From: Leucoraja erinacea
Lineage: Eukaryota
Direction: 5' to 3'
Length of the DNA stretch: 64,000 bases
Assembly (NCBI RefSeq): GCF_028641065.1
Contig: NC_073400.1
Coordinates: forward strand, 29,388,001 to 29,452,000
The notes under the pieces are model-generated. The model did not search any database, was not told where the DNA came from, and saw only the letters and a program-made list of their open reading frames with translations. Shown here piece after piece: positions 23,293 through 36,410 of this stretch. The translations under genes were made by a program, and so were the position numbers. Position 1 is the stretch's first letter; every line of letters begins with the position of its first letter.

Positions 23293-26200
23293 CTGCAAAA
23301 GACAATGTGAAGTCATCAGACTCATTGACAGTGGGAACCACGCTTTATTTAACCCGACCACTCCCAACACATTGCTGTCTGGAAGATGGACTCTAAAGAA
23401 CCCACACCGGGCACAGAAATCCACCCTGCACACGTACAACCTGACAAAACCTCGTGATATCATCCACATAGAGGTTTGGTTTAACTTCAAGATATGAAAA
23501 CGTGCACGGCTTTTATTTCTATCAATGGACAGGACATTTGAAATCGTTAATGGAAACCGTTTGGAAACATTCGGCGAAGAGAAGTGATTGCTTTGGTCAG
23601 AGGGTGGTGAATCTATGGATGTCATTACCACAGGAGGCTGTGGAGGCCAAGTCAATTCACACCGGAGATGCTGCCTGTTCCGCTGAGCTACTTCGGCATT
23701 TTTGTATCTGTCCAAATCAATTGGTATTTTTAAGGCGGAGATTTTCATATTCTTGATAAATGAGGATGTCAAGAGTCATCGGGAGATGGCAGGAGAATGG
23801 GATCGAGAGGGAAGCCGTGATTGGGGGCGGATTAGATATGATGGGCTGAATGGCCTAATTCTGCTTCTATAATTCATGAGCACGATGACAATGACGCCTA
23901 CCTTCGAGCCTCTTGTGAACACCGCGGTTGAGATACTCCAGATCACAAGCACGAGAAAGACCATCCAGCGCCCCACTTTCCATGAGATGTAACTGGGCAA
24001 AGGGCAAGAAATACAGAATCACTGGGAGAAAACGAGACGGTTTATCTTCGAAACATTTATCTGTTATTTGCTTCATAATCTTGGTGAAGTGGAGCGGGGC
24101 GAAGCAGCAGAGTCAATGGAGATCAGTTTGGAGACAGAACGGGGTTTGGACTTGGGGGGGGGGGGGGGGGGGGGGGGGGTGTAGTTATGCTCACCAATTA
24201 CTGACGTCATTGCTGGAGCATGGCTACAAGGGAATGAGAGATTACGCGGTTAAATGGATTCGGAGAAGAGAGAGAAATGTCATGAGATGGAGCAGTGAAT
24301 ACAGTGAATACAGAGTAGATGCTGGTGAAACAGCGGGAGATGCAGCATTTCTGGAGAGAAGGAATGCGTGGTTTCGGATACAGACCCTCCTTCAGACTGG
24401 GAGTCACGGGAGAGAGAAACTGGGGATGTGGAAAGAAACAAAGAACAGTGTAATATCCTGGAAGAAAGAAATGCAGCTGCAAGGAAGATTAAAATAAAAC
24501 GCATATCAGAATCAGAATCAGAATCATACTTTATTCGCCAAGTATGTTCTGCAACATACGATAGGAACAATAAACCAGATCAATTCTAATGGTGCAAGGG
24601 AGATGGGGCAACAAATATGGAAACAGATGAGGCCAATTAATAAAATAAATTAAAAATGATAATGCTTAATCTCACATCCTCGATATTACTTGGATTAACG
24701 CGGCAGGTCTGTGGATATAGGAATCGTGTTCGAAAATTCGGTGAAAGGTTCGCTCCTAACGGCGTGGCTTTTGTTAACGTTCTTATATCCTAAGCCCCTC
24801 TCCCACCCACCCGCTCTGCACAGATCCATTCGCTCTCCTGTACACACGGGGCAATTTACAACTGGCACATCTTTGGGAGCTGGGAGGAAACTGGAGCACT
24901 TATATAAAATCAACACGATTAAAGGCAAAACATGCAGACTACACACAGACAGCACCTAATGGACCAGGGTCGTGGCGTTGTGAGGCTGTGATTCTTATCG
25001 GCTGTGTCACTGTGCATTCAGATCAATACTCTCACGGCATTCAATGCCAGTGAAAGGAAGGCACACGTTTCCCCCAATTAAAGAATTCCCAATCAAAACA
25101 CCAGCAATTTGTTCATTGTAACTTTCATTGGAAACAGAGCGGTTTACCTTGCAGAGTAATTGGATGCTATCAAATTTTCACAAGAATATTCATGACCTGG
25201 TGGAACAAGGAAATAAAAGTCAGTTTCACTGCTTTTCACTCCTCCCTGTGAACGCGTGGGCATTCTCCAAGTTCTCCAGTTTCCCCGCATTCTGAAGTCG
25301 TGCAAGTTTGTTGGTTAATTGGCTTCTGTAAATTGTCCCCATGGAACTAGTGTACTGGTGAATACTGGACGTTGTGTACTCAGTGGGCCGATGAACCGGC
25401 TTCCACAATGCACCCACAAACTAATCAAAAGGGTCCAATTTCACTTGAGAGGAGTATTGCTTGGGATGAAACATTACAGGGATGGGCAGGGGTTGGATAG
25501 GGGTTTTATGAAATTCCACGCAGAACAGGTGAGGAAGGGGGAACCTATTCCAGGTGTGCAAAACTGTGAGCAGCGTAGATAGGGTATTTTTGGAACATTT
25601 TGCACGGCAGATATGTGTAAAAGTGGAGAATATATGGTTAAGCTAAGGCGCAGGATGTTTCAAAGGTATCAAAGAATATTTTTAAACCTAGATGGAGGAA
25701 CCTGAATTGCCACAATGGACGAGGTGCTGGTAAATGAGATTAGTATCGATGGTACTGAATTGTTAACACTAACGCAGTGGAACAAATCTGATACCGTCGT
25801 CAAGGAGTTAACGGTGGCCACAGTTACTGCTAATATTCATGCCCTTACCATATCTGAGCGTGGATTATGCGGAGATGATGGTGGGAAAGTGACAGTGCTT
25901 GGACTGATGACAGTGCAAATCTAGATAAAAAGCTGTTTAAACATAAAATGAAGTAATTGCCAGGACGCTGGCCTACACCAGTACTGGGAGATCTATCTCT
26001 GGAGCCCATGAGCCCGCACCTCCTCCACTCCCACTTACACTTCTTCCCCTAAATCCTTCCGCTACTTACCAGTGTCATTGATTTCCACTAGAAAACTGCA
26101 GGGCGCGCCACTGCTGGAGATGGACACGTTGACCATTTCACTGGATTTTGATCCACGTTTATTTGAGGCTGTGCAATAATATTGATGATGCTGGTGTTTG

Positions 26201-29200
26201 CAGGATTGACAATGTAGATCCAGGGCATTGCTGTCTGAGATCTTGGCAACCGAAGATGGGGTATTTTCATACCAGGTGTAGCTAATGGGCAGTGATCCAC
26301 TGACCGACTCACAGGACACTGACACGGAGTCCCCGAGACAGGAGACATTGGCTGGTGACAGAAATCCAAGCACAGGAACAGACACGGGTTCTGTGGGAAA
26401 GGAGCAAACAGTCAGACACTGAGTAAACGTCTGAAAATCAAACACGCGCCAATAAGCAAAATTTCTGTATCTTAGCCAGAGCCGCCAGTTTGGAATCAGA
26501 CCCATCGATCTACATAGAGTCATAGAGTCATACAGCGTATAAACAGGCCCTTCGGTCTAACTTGCCCCCGCTGACCAACACAACCAATCTACACTAGTTC
26601 CACCTGCTCTTGCTTGGCCCTCAACCCTCTAAACTTATCCTATTGATGTACCTGTCCAAATTGTTCTTAAATGTTGCGATAGCACCTTGCATAACTACTC
26701 CGTCGCCAGTTCGTTTCATATACATGTACCTACCAACCTATGTGTAAGAACATAACTCCCCAAGTTCTTGTTAAATCATTCCACCCTCATCTTTAAACCA
26801 TGTAAGTACGTAAGTAAGTAAGTAAGTTTATTGGCCAAGTATTCACATACAAGGAATTTGCCTTGGTGCTCCGCCCACAAGTAACAACATGACATACAGT
26901 GACAGTTAGGAATGACTCAGAAAAAACACAGAAAACAGACATTAATAATAATAAAACAGTAATGATAAAACATCATTGATTAAGCATGTGAACCAATAAT
27001 TCCTCAGATAGGTCACCTTCTGACTAAATAAATCCCTTCTGATCGTACGTCCATTTATTCTCAGGCTATGGCCTCTGGCCCGAGTCTCTCGCACTAGTGG
27101 AAACATCATCTCCACGTCCACTCTATCCAGGCATTTCACTATACGGTAAGTATCAACTCAAGCGAGTAACGGCCCAGCGCTGTCAAACGCTCATCATTTG
27201 TTAACCCAACTTATTCCTGGGTTCATTCTTGTAAACCTCCTCTGGCCCCACTCCAGACCTAACACATCCTTCCTCAGATATGGTGCCTGGAACTGGTCAT
27301 AACACACCAAATAGAAACATAGAAAAATAGGCGCAGGAGTAGGTCATTCGGCCCTTCAAGCCTGCACCGCCATTCAATATGGTCATGGATGATCATCCAA
27401 TTCAGTATCCCGTACCTGCCTTCTCTCCATACCCCCTGATCCCTTTAGCCACAAGGGCCACATCTAACCCCCTCTTAAATATAGCCAATGAACTGGCCTC
27501 AACTACTTTCTGTGGCAGAGAGTTCCAGAGATTCACCACTCTCTGTGTGAAAATGTCGTCTGACCAGCGCCTTATAGAGCCTCAGCATTACATCCATGTT
27601 TTTACATTCTATAAATAAATGCTAGCATTGCATTCGCCTTCCTTACTACCGATTGGACTTGCAAATTAACAGTTCAGACGCAGGGAAATGTGTTGAGCAT
27701 CCCACTTGTAGTGGGTGGCCGCTCAGTGGGACAGAGCCCGCACTGGGTGAGAGCAACATGAGTGGGGTTTCCCGACCCCCGCCCGCTCCCCGCAGGTCTC
27801 TGCACTGCTGCGGAGCCTCGGGATATCGGTGCTGCCCTGACCCTTCCCGGAGAAAACATGGATCAGGCATTTCAGTGGAGACGTCAAATTAATCGCTGAG
27901 AAACGTACCGTCAGATACTTTGAGATGTACGTGAAACATTGCAATAATTCCACATCTGTACCGTCCTGTATCTCCAATCTGAAGATCCTCCACAGTCAAA
28001 GTAAATATTCCTCGTGCCGGTATATCTGTGATTGACATTCTTCCACTCCGTCCGCGTTGCCCATTCGTTTCCACCACATCTGCACATTGGCGACTCTGCA
28101 CACGGCACCAGTATTTTGTGTGTGAGCGGTACTCTGGTGCATAGTGACAATCGATTGTAATCGCTCTTCCCACAACTCCTCTTACATACGCCTTTCCCCA
28201 CACTGCACCTGAAACTGAAGGAGGGAACTTTCAGAACTGAGAGGAACTGAACTGTTTCATGAAAGTTGATACATTTTGAAGATTACATGAAAGAAAACTT
28301 AAATGGTTCCATGATGTGTCATATTGCTTCACGACCAATGTCTCCGGTCTGAAGTGCAGGCAGTGCTGTTATTGTACCAGTTGTGTCAGTGTTCTGTCCC
28401 CGGGTCAGTACAATTTGGGTTCACTTCCCACTCCAGATCCCCGAGCAGAAACTGGGCTGGGATCGCAGTGCGGTACTGAGGGAGCGCGGTTGTGTTGCAG
28501 GAGCTGCCTTTCAACAGCCCAAGCGGTGCCCGGCCTCTCATCCGACAGAAATACCCCACTTAGCTATATCATTGGCGGTGCCGCCGGCTGCGCCGCCAAC
28601 ATTCATCTCTGAACCGACACTGGGCCGGACCCGTGTTTAGATATTCACCGCCGCCATTGCCTTCAGAACGGCGAAGAGGAAACACTTTTTCACACAGAGA
28701 GTTGTGAATCTGTGGAATTATATGCCTCAGAAGGTATTGGAAGCCAATTATTTTGATGCTTACAATGGAGAATTAGATAGAGATCTTAGATTGCGGAGTC
28801 GGGGGACATGGGGAGAAGGCAGGAACCGGTTACTGATTGTGGATGATCAGCCATGATCACAGTGATTGGCGGTGCTGGCTCGAAGTGCGGAATGGCCTAC
28901 TCCTGCACCTATTGTCTATTGTCTGTTCCTGGTGATGTCTGAACCTCTGTCCTTTGATACAGTTCGCTTGGAGTGTATGCTCCAAATTTAATCGCTATGT
29001 TATGCATATAAAGAATTCTTAGGGTTCAATTTGACAATGTTGCAACAGTGCTTAAATTACTAACTTGGAGCCTGGAAATTCAGATGCGATCTCATTTCCT
29101 ACCATGATACATAGCGAGTTCGGATCCATTGTATTAAATATTTCCAAGACTGGGCAACTTATAGCAGCAATGGTGACCATGAAGCCAGGAAATTATCACC

Positions 29201-30885
29201 CAACCCCATCTACCAGTCCTGCCCAGACTTGTTTACAAGCAGAGCCCCCACAACGAGCTTGGCTCTGAAGCGTCTTTCTGCAATGGCCCAGAAAGGAAAA
29301 AAAAAGAGAGATCAGTGCAATAAATACTGGCTGTTTAAGAAGGAACTGCAGATGCTGGAAAATCGAAGGTACACAAAAATGCTGGAGAAACTCAGAGGGT
29401 GCAGCAGCATCTATTTGAGCGATGGAAATAGGCAACGTTTCGGGCCGAAACTTTGCCTATTTCCTTCGCTCATAGATGCAGCTGCACCCGCTGAGTTTCC
29501 CCAGCATTTTTTGTGTACCTTCAATAAATACTGGCCTTGTGAGCCACGCGCGTCCGGTGAAAATCAGTAACAAAACAATTAAATCTATTTGAATTCTAGA
29601 GCAGAATCGTTGATGTGCCATGTGGGTGAAGCGTACATCTCTACACGGTCAGAGGCAAAGGGCGTGTGGGAAGTGACTCTAAATTTTAAGAGTAAAGGCA
29701 GTCACGCCAGTCAGCTGTCGAACAGAACCGTGGCATGATCTGAGGATCACAACGTGTTTTCCGACGGGATTTTATAGAACTGAAGCCAATGTGAACTCGA
29801 GAGAAAATATATCAGGGGCATTAGTTCCACAGAAGCCAATGTGAGCGGGAGAAATTGTATCTGCGACATTAATTCCACAATTTCTGCCTTTCTGAAAATG
29901 AGGCTAGCAAAGAACATAGAAACGAAGAAACATAGAAAATGGGTGCAGGAGTAGGCCATTCCCTCCTTCGAGCCTGCACCGCCATTCAACATGATCATGG
30001 CTGATCATCCAACTCAGTGTCCTGTACCTGACGTCTCTCCATACCCTTTACCACAAGGGCCACATCCAACTCCCTCTTAAATATAGCCAATGAACTGGCC
30101 TCAACTACCCTCTGTGGCAGAGAGTTCCAGAGATTCACCACTCTCTGTGTGGAAAATGTGTTTCTCAACTCGGTCCTAAAGGATTTCCCCCTTTATCCTT
30201 AAACTGTGACCCCTTGTCCTGGACTTCCACAACATCGGGAACAATCTTCCTGCATCTAGCCTGTCCAACCGCTAAAGAATTTTGTAAGTTTCTATAAGAT
30301 CCCCCCCCTCAATCTTCTAAATACTAGCGAGTACAAGCCGAGTCTATCCAGTCTTTCTTCATATGAAAGTCCTGACATCCCAGGAATCAGACTGGCGAAC
30401 CTTCTCTGTACTCCCTTTATGGCAAGAATGTCTTTCCTCAGATTTGGAGACCAAAACTGTACGCAATACTCCAGGTGTGGTCTCACCAAGACCCTGTACA
30501 AGCGCAGTAGAACCTCCCTGCTCCTATACTCAAATCCTTTTGCCATGTTGCTCTTTCACGAAATAAAATGGTTTTCATTGCCCGGCCTTTGTAAGCCAAA
30601 CTTCCTTTATATTACCAAATCCATTATGGCGTATGAAATATATGAAACAACAATGTATTCTGATTCAAAGGCATATTGGATAACATAAAATTTTGATCAA
30701 ATAAATGACACGCCGACACCACAATGCACTGAGTTCCATTGCCCCCATTACACGCCTACACGTACGTAACCATCTCTGCTGTGGAAAGAGTACACGGAAC
30801 CCCAACTAACATTGATTATTGGGATATTTAATTCTGGCTATCACTCACCCGGCAACGAGGAGATGAGAAGAATGGGAATCCACAT
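23251..30885 (-). CDS. Gene B: activating-type CD300/pIgR-like (MDIR-like) receptor, leader-V-C2-stalk-charged TM-short tail; 281 aa
   Basis: Exons 30849-30885, 27909-28214, 26070-26390, 25148-25196, 23902-23992 and 23251-23292 total 846 nt, in frame, with canonical splice sites. Confidence 0.82.
23902..23992 (-). CDS. Gene B TM exon (YISWKVGRWMVFLVLVIWSISTAVFTRGSK)
   Basis: 91 nt, phase 2 to 0; Lys and Arg at the N-terminal end of the helix. Confidence 0.85.
25148..25196 (-). CDS. Gene B stalk exon (GHEYSCENLIASNYSAS)
   Basis: 49 nt, phase 1 to 2; polypyrimidine acceptor and AG|gtaaac donor. Confidence 0.8.
26070..26390 (-). CDS. Gene B C2/I-set Ig exon
   Basis: 321 nt, phase 1-1; VSCES, YTWY, QYYCTASN. 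Confidence 0.9.
27909..28214 (-). CDS. Gene B V-set Ig exon
   Basis: 306 nt, phase 1-1; IDC, KYWC, DTGRYRC; shortened F-G loop. Confidence 0.9.
30849..30885 (-). CDS. Gene B leader exon (MWIPILLISSLP)
   Basis: ATG ... CCG G|gtgagt. Confidence 0.85.
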
Positions 30886-30988
30886 TGTTTTATCCATAGT
30901 GACAAGGCCAGCACTTGTCTGCCTGTCGCTCAGCTCTGAGCTCTCAGATACAACCGCATCTCTCTAATATCAACGAGGAAGATAGGAT

Positions 30989-31012
30989 CAGGAAGTCTGA
31001 TCGTGAACCACA
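30989..31012 (-). promoter_or_regulatory. ETS plus RUNX motif pair upstream of the gene B leader
   Basis: CAGGAAGT ... AACCACA, about 100-130 nt upstream of the ATG. Confidence 0.5.
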
Positions 31013-32753
31013 GCGAGCCAGCAGCAGCGCGACACGTTACAGTGTGAAAGGCTCAGGGTTATATTTAACAAATGGTTGGGTCAGATTGTCACAGAGACAT
31101 ATAGCTCGGAGACAGGCACTTCTCCCCAACGTGTTAGACCAAGATGCTTATCTAGGTTAGTCAAAATTGCCCACGTTTGACCCATATCTCCCCAAACCCT
31201 TTCTATCTATGGGCCTGCCCAATTGTAATTCAGAGCTAATAAATTAGCAGAGTTGTGTTCATGAAAATATTATTTGCTGACTTTGTACATCTGTTTGTGA
31301 TGATTAATTTAATTAATGTTTGCATGATAATATAACATGTCATCTGCTGCGGGCTACCGTTCTGGGTGTTTTACTTTCAGGTTGTGGTATCGGTGTAACA
31401 CAATGATGTGTCCGCCACTGATGTTAGTTGAGCGTTGGCGACCCTCAGTAAATGATCTTGTGTTCAGAACTATTTCCTGTTTACTTGCCCAACTAAAAAC
31501 ACTGCAGAGAGGAATCGACGATGCAGCAAAACAATTTAATCCTGTCTTCATTCGCCATTGACCCATGACTTCTGCAAACACTGCTCAGCAATCAGTGTTA
31601 CAACGAGCTGCTCGCTAGATGCGGTTCAGAGATACGAATCTACACGAATATTCGAACCTTGTTTCAGCAGCGCGAGCAAAGTGTCAGCACTGCAGAACAA
31701 TTCAGTGTAAAGAAAGAAATGACTGTTTGAACATATTAGATTAAAGTACATTCCAAGTCAGCACTTGCCATTAAAAACAACAATGGCATCGAACCGAAAT
31801 GTCACCCATTCTTTCCTTCCAGTGATGCTGCCTATCCCGCTGAATTGCTCCAGTATTTTGTGTCTATCTGTGGCATCTCAGACCGTTTATCTCTCACTAT
31901 CCTTTAGGCAATTTAGGATGTCCTGTAGTGGGGAAACGCTGAACGAGCCAGGCAGCAAATATCTCTGGCTATTCAGCACCCCTCGGATATCCCTGACCTG
32001 GTGGTTTCTGATTTCAAAGCAACCCCTGGTCTCATTTCCTCGTCTCCCCGCTTACTGCTCTTTCAAGCTGCAACCCAACCAGTTTGTTCTGCACAAGAAT
32101 GGACTTTCCACTAGTTTAGTTTAGGATATAGCGCGGAAACAGGCCCTTCGGCCCGCCGAGTCCACACGATCCCGTTGCGCCACCGTGGCCATTGTGTAAA
32201 ATAGTTTAGTTTAGTTTAGTGGGCCGAAGTGCCTATTTCCACGCTGCAGCCATAAAACTAATCTGAAGGGAGCAATTCAACTTGAGAGGTGTATTGCTTG
32301 GGATGAAACGTTAGGTATGGGGAGGGGTTGGATAGGGATTTTATAAAATTCCATGCAGAACAGGTGAGGAAAAGGGAACCCATTACAGGTGTGCAAAACT
32401 TTGAGCAGCAAAGATAGGGTATTTTTGGAACGTTTTCCACGGCAGATATGTGTAAAAATGGAGAACATTTGGTTAAGTTAAGGAGCAGGATGTTTCAAGG
32501 GGAACAAGAAATATGTTTAAACCTAGAAGATGGAGGTAACTGAATTGCCACAATGGACGAGGTGCTGGTAAATGAGATTAGTATCGATGGTACTGAATGG
32601 TCAACATTAACACAGTGGAACAAATCTGATACCGGCGTCCAGGAGTTAACGGTGGCCACATTTACTGCTAATATTCATTCCCTTATCGTATCTGAGTGCG
32701 CATCCTGCGGAGATGATGGTGGGAAAGTAAAAGTGCTTGGACTGATAATACTG

Positions 32754-33117
32754 CAGGAGTAGGCCATTAGGCCCTTTGAGCATGCACCGCCATTCAATAT
32801 GATCATGGCTGATCATCCAACTCCGTATCCCGTAGCTGCCTTCTCTCCACACCCCCTGATCCCTTTAGCCACAAGGGCCACATGTAACTCCCTCTTAAAT
32901 ATAGCCAATGAACTGGCCTCAACTACCCTCCGTGGCAGAGAATTCCAGAGATTCAACACTCTTTGTGTGAAAAATGTTTTTCTCATCTCGGTCCTAAAAG
33001 ATTTTCCCCTTATCCTTAAACTGTGACTCCTTGTTCTGGACTTCCCCAAAATCGGGGACAATCTTCCTGCATCTAGCCTGTCCAACGCCTTAAGAAGGTT
33101 GTTAGTTTCTATAAGAT
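32754..33117 (-). mobile_element. CR1 LINE 3' fragment
   Basis: DRLDAGRL ... FFTQRVLNLWNSLP. Confidence 0.88.
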
Positions 33118-33442
33118 ACGGGTGGGTTTAAACTAAATCGCGTGCTTTCAAGAGAGAGTTAGATAGAACTCTTAAAGATAGCGGAGTCAGTGGATATGGG
33201 GAAAAGACAGGAACGGGGTACTGAATGTGAATGAGCAGCCATGATCACGGTGAATGGCGGTGCGGGCTCGAAGGGCCGAATGGCCTACTTCTGCCCTGTT
33301 GTCTATTGTCTATTGTCTATTTTCTTCCACATCTTTTGTTTTATAAAGCTGCGACCAGAACTGTGCGCCAGACTCCCATATGTTACCTAACAAATGTTTT
33401 GTGCGGGTGCCAAGATATCAAGTCACTGATTGAGAAACCTAC

Positions 33443-33760
33443 CTTCAGATACTTGGAGATGTACTTGAAATGTTGGTTCGCCAGGTGTAGTAATTCCACA
33501 TCTGTACCATCCTGTATCTCCAGAGTGAAGACCCTCCACAGTCACTGTAAATATTCCTCGTTCCGGGTTATCTGTGATTGCCACTCTTCCGCTCTGTCCA
33601 TCCTTCCCATTTGTTTCACCTACATGTGTACACTGGCGACTTGTCCCACGGCACCAGTATTTTGTGTGTGAGCGGTACACTGCTGCATAGTGACAATCGA
33701 TTGTGTTCGCTCTTCCCACATTCCCTCTTACTTTGCTCTCTGCCCACAGTGCACCTGAAA
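33443..33760 (-). CDS. Orphan intact V-set Ig exon (paralog of gene C V4)
   Basis: Open 318-nt exon with AG/GT sites. Flanks about 33330-34400 match about 48540-49830. No leader, C2 or TM exon of its own was found. Confidence 0.75.
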
Positions 33761-35219
33761 CTGAAGGAAACATATTTCATAAATTGAAGAGCAAAATTAA
33801 CCTTTCACAAACATATACATTATAGTATACATCAATGTGTACAGGGGAATCCGCCCAATCATTTTCGTAACGTGTTGAATTCCACCTAGATTGCGATGAG
33901 AGACAGATACTGTACACCGTCCCTCACCATCTGCTTCCAAAGCGCTTCCCAGCCAATGTGGGTGTGAATGGTGAAGAATGATGCATTGAAGACGGAGCCT
34001 GTTGCAATTGGAAGGCGCTGTCTAGGGAGTGTTGGTGAGTTGCTGCAGTGCATCGTGCAGATGGTGTAAACTGCTGCTGCTCTGCATAAGCCGGGGAGGT
34101 TGACGATGGGGTGTCTATCAAGCGCGATTCTGGGTCATGACAGACGAGCACAAGTGTTCAGCGAAACTGTGGCCTAGGCTTTGCTTGGCCTCGCTGATGT
34201 AAACCATTCACACTCGCTTCTGGACTTCCCCTCTGAGCGTCTCCACACCTACTGGGAGCTACATTTCAAAACTCACTTTGACAAAAGTAACGGGTTTACT
34301 TTATGGCGTGACGGGGAGGAAGATTCACTTTAATTTTGAGAGATTATTGAGGTTCCTCCAGAGATTCACACAAATTAATACGTTTTTAATCCTGCCATGA
34401 TTATGAAACCCATGCGTACACAAGCAGACCGTACAAACGCCATACAGACAGCACCCAAGGTCAGGATCGAACCCGGGATTCGGATGCTGTGAGGCAGCGG
34501 CTCTACCTGTTGTGCCAATGTGTGATTGTCTCAGATATCTTTCAACTTTCCTTGCAGGCAAGAACAAGGATTGAACCCTGGTTAGCAGCATGGGGGCTGC
34601 ATGCTTGCAAACCGGCAAGCTAAGTGCAGAGTTAAGTCTATGGTACTTCCTCCCCGATGGTTTTGCAAGCAGACTGTGAACACCCTTCCTTGTGTGTTGG
34701 TGATAAGGGCTCCCCGGTCAGATACTTTTTGCATTGCGTTTTGTTGCACAACCACAGAGCTCCACAAGGCAGCTGTGCTCTGGACAAAACTGTTATCCAT
34801 CTACTTCTGCAGTGTACAATTGGCAAAAAAACGTTATAGATACAACATGGAAACAGGCTCTTCGGCTCACCGAATCTGCGCCAACCAGTGTTCACCCCGG
34901 ATACAATTTACTGTGCAATTTAACCTACAAACCTGTCTGTCTTTGGTGTGTGGGAGGAAACCGGAACACCGCGAGAAAACCCATGCGGACACAATGAGAA
35001 CGTACAGACTCCATATAGACAGCAGCCGAGATCAGCATTGAACCTGGGTCTCAGGCGCTGTTTGACAGCAACACTACTGCTTTGCCACTTTGTTCCATCT
35101 ACTGACCTGCCAGGGCAATGTATTCCCCCTGAGCTAACATTCTTATATCTTCGATTTTCCAGCATCTGCAGTTCCTTCTTAAACATTCTTATACTCTGCA
35201 TGTTCTTGCTGAATTCTTG

Positions 35220-36410
35220 AGAACCAGAGGACATAGGTTTAAGGTGAGGGGAAAAGATTTAATAGGAACCTGAGGGAAGCTGAACAGGATAGGTTTACAG
35301 AGATATGAGCCAAATGTCTTTAGTCAGAGAGTGGTGAGTTTGTGGAATTTATTTCAACAAGCAACTGTGGAAGCTTATTCGATGGATATTTTTTAGGCAG
35401 AGATTGACAGATTCCTGATTAGTGTGGGAGTCAGGGGTTATGGGGAGAAGGCAGGTGAATTTAGGTGAATGTAGATCAGCCACGATTGAATGGCGGAGTA
35501 GAGTTGATGCGCCGAAAGGCCAAATTCTGCACTTAGAACTTATGAACCTATGAACATTGTGTTTAAGAAGGAACTGCAGATGCTGGAAAATCGGAGGTAC
35601 TCAAAAATGCTGGAGAAACTCAACGGGTGCGGCAGTATCTATGGCGCAAAGAAAATCGGCAACTTTTCGGGCCAAAACCCTTCTTCAGATCAGTCTGAAG
35701 AAGGGTTTATTCAGATCAGTCTGAAGAAGGGTTTAGGCTCGAAACGTTGCCTATTTCCTTCGCTCCATAGATGCTGCTGCACCCGCTGAGCTTCTCCAGC
35801 ATTTTTGTGAGGTTATGAACATTGTTGGTTTGTGGGTTTCTGCTGCAGTCATATTCTGAGAAAAGTAACACCAGCCCGAAGTAAGTTCTTGACCTGAAAT
35901 GTCACTTGCCCATCTCGTTTCAGAGGTGATGTTTGACCCACTATAGTGGGGTTTTTTTTGTTTTGCTCAACTGCTCATATTAACAGGAAGCACGTTGACC
36001 ACAGCAAGATGCTGCTCATACATTTGACTCATACCACAATATTTATTTCCATCACACGTTGGCCTTTGATGTGTTTGTACATTGACTGGAAATGTGGTCA
36101 AAACAAATAAATGTATATTGTAGGGTGCACAAATTAATGTACAAACATGTCAGGCCCCATTCAGTCCTTCATAACTACACTATGCATTAAACTCATAGTT
36201 TATCCTTCATATCAATATCCAGTACTATTTATATTTCCATGAGTCCCGTAATATCTAAGAAACAATTGTTCACATGTTAGATTGCATTGGAGTCATACAA
36301 TGTAGAAGCAGGCCCTTCGGCCCTACTTAACCATTCACACTGCGTTTGGACAATTGAGACAAGGAAAACCTCATTCCTTCAACTGCACTCTCCTGTTCAG
36401 TAAGAACTTT
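35220..36410. repeat. Local duplication, copy 1 (copy 2 at about 38024-38920)
   Basis: Shared CR1 end plus unique sequence (ttgctcaactgctcatatt ... aagaaacaattgttc). Confidence 0.75.

Larger units (their letters stand above)
26998..31381. repeat. Segmental duplication copy 2
   Basis: Near-identical to 15562-19941. Confidence 0.92.

Noticed and set aside
25850-25921. Ser/Thr/Pro-rich stalk exon ICTVISPSTVTFPPSSPHNPRSDM
   Set aside because: Phase 0-0 does not fit between the phase-1 C2 and stalk exons. The gene C paralog (about 45690-45762) is frameshifted and lacks the donor.
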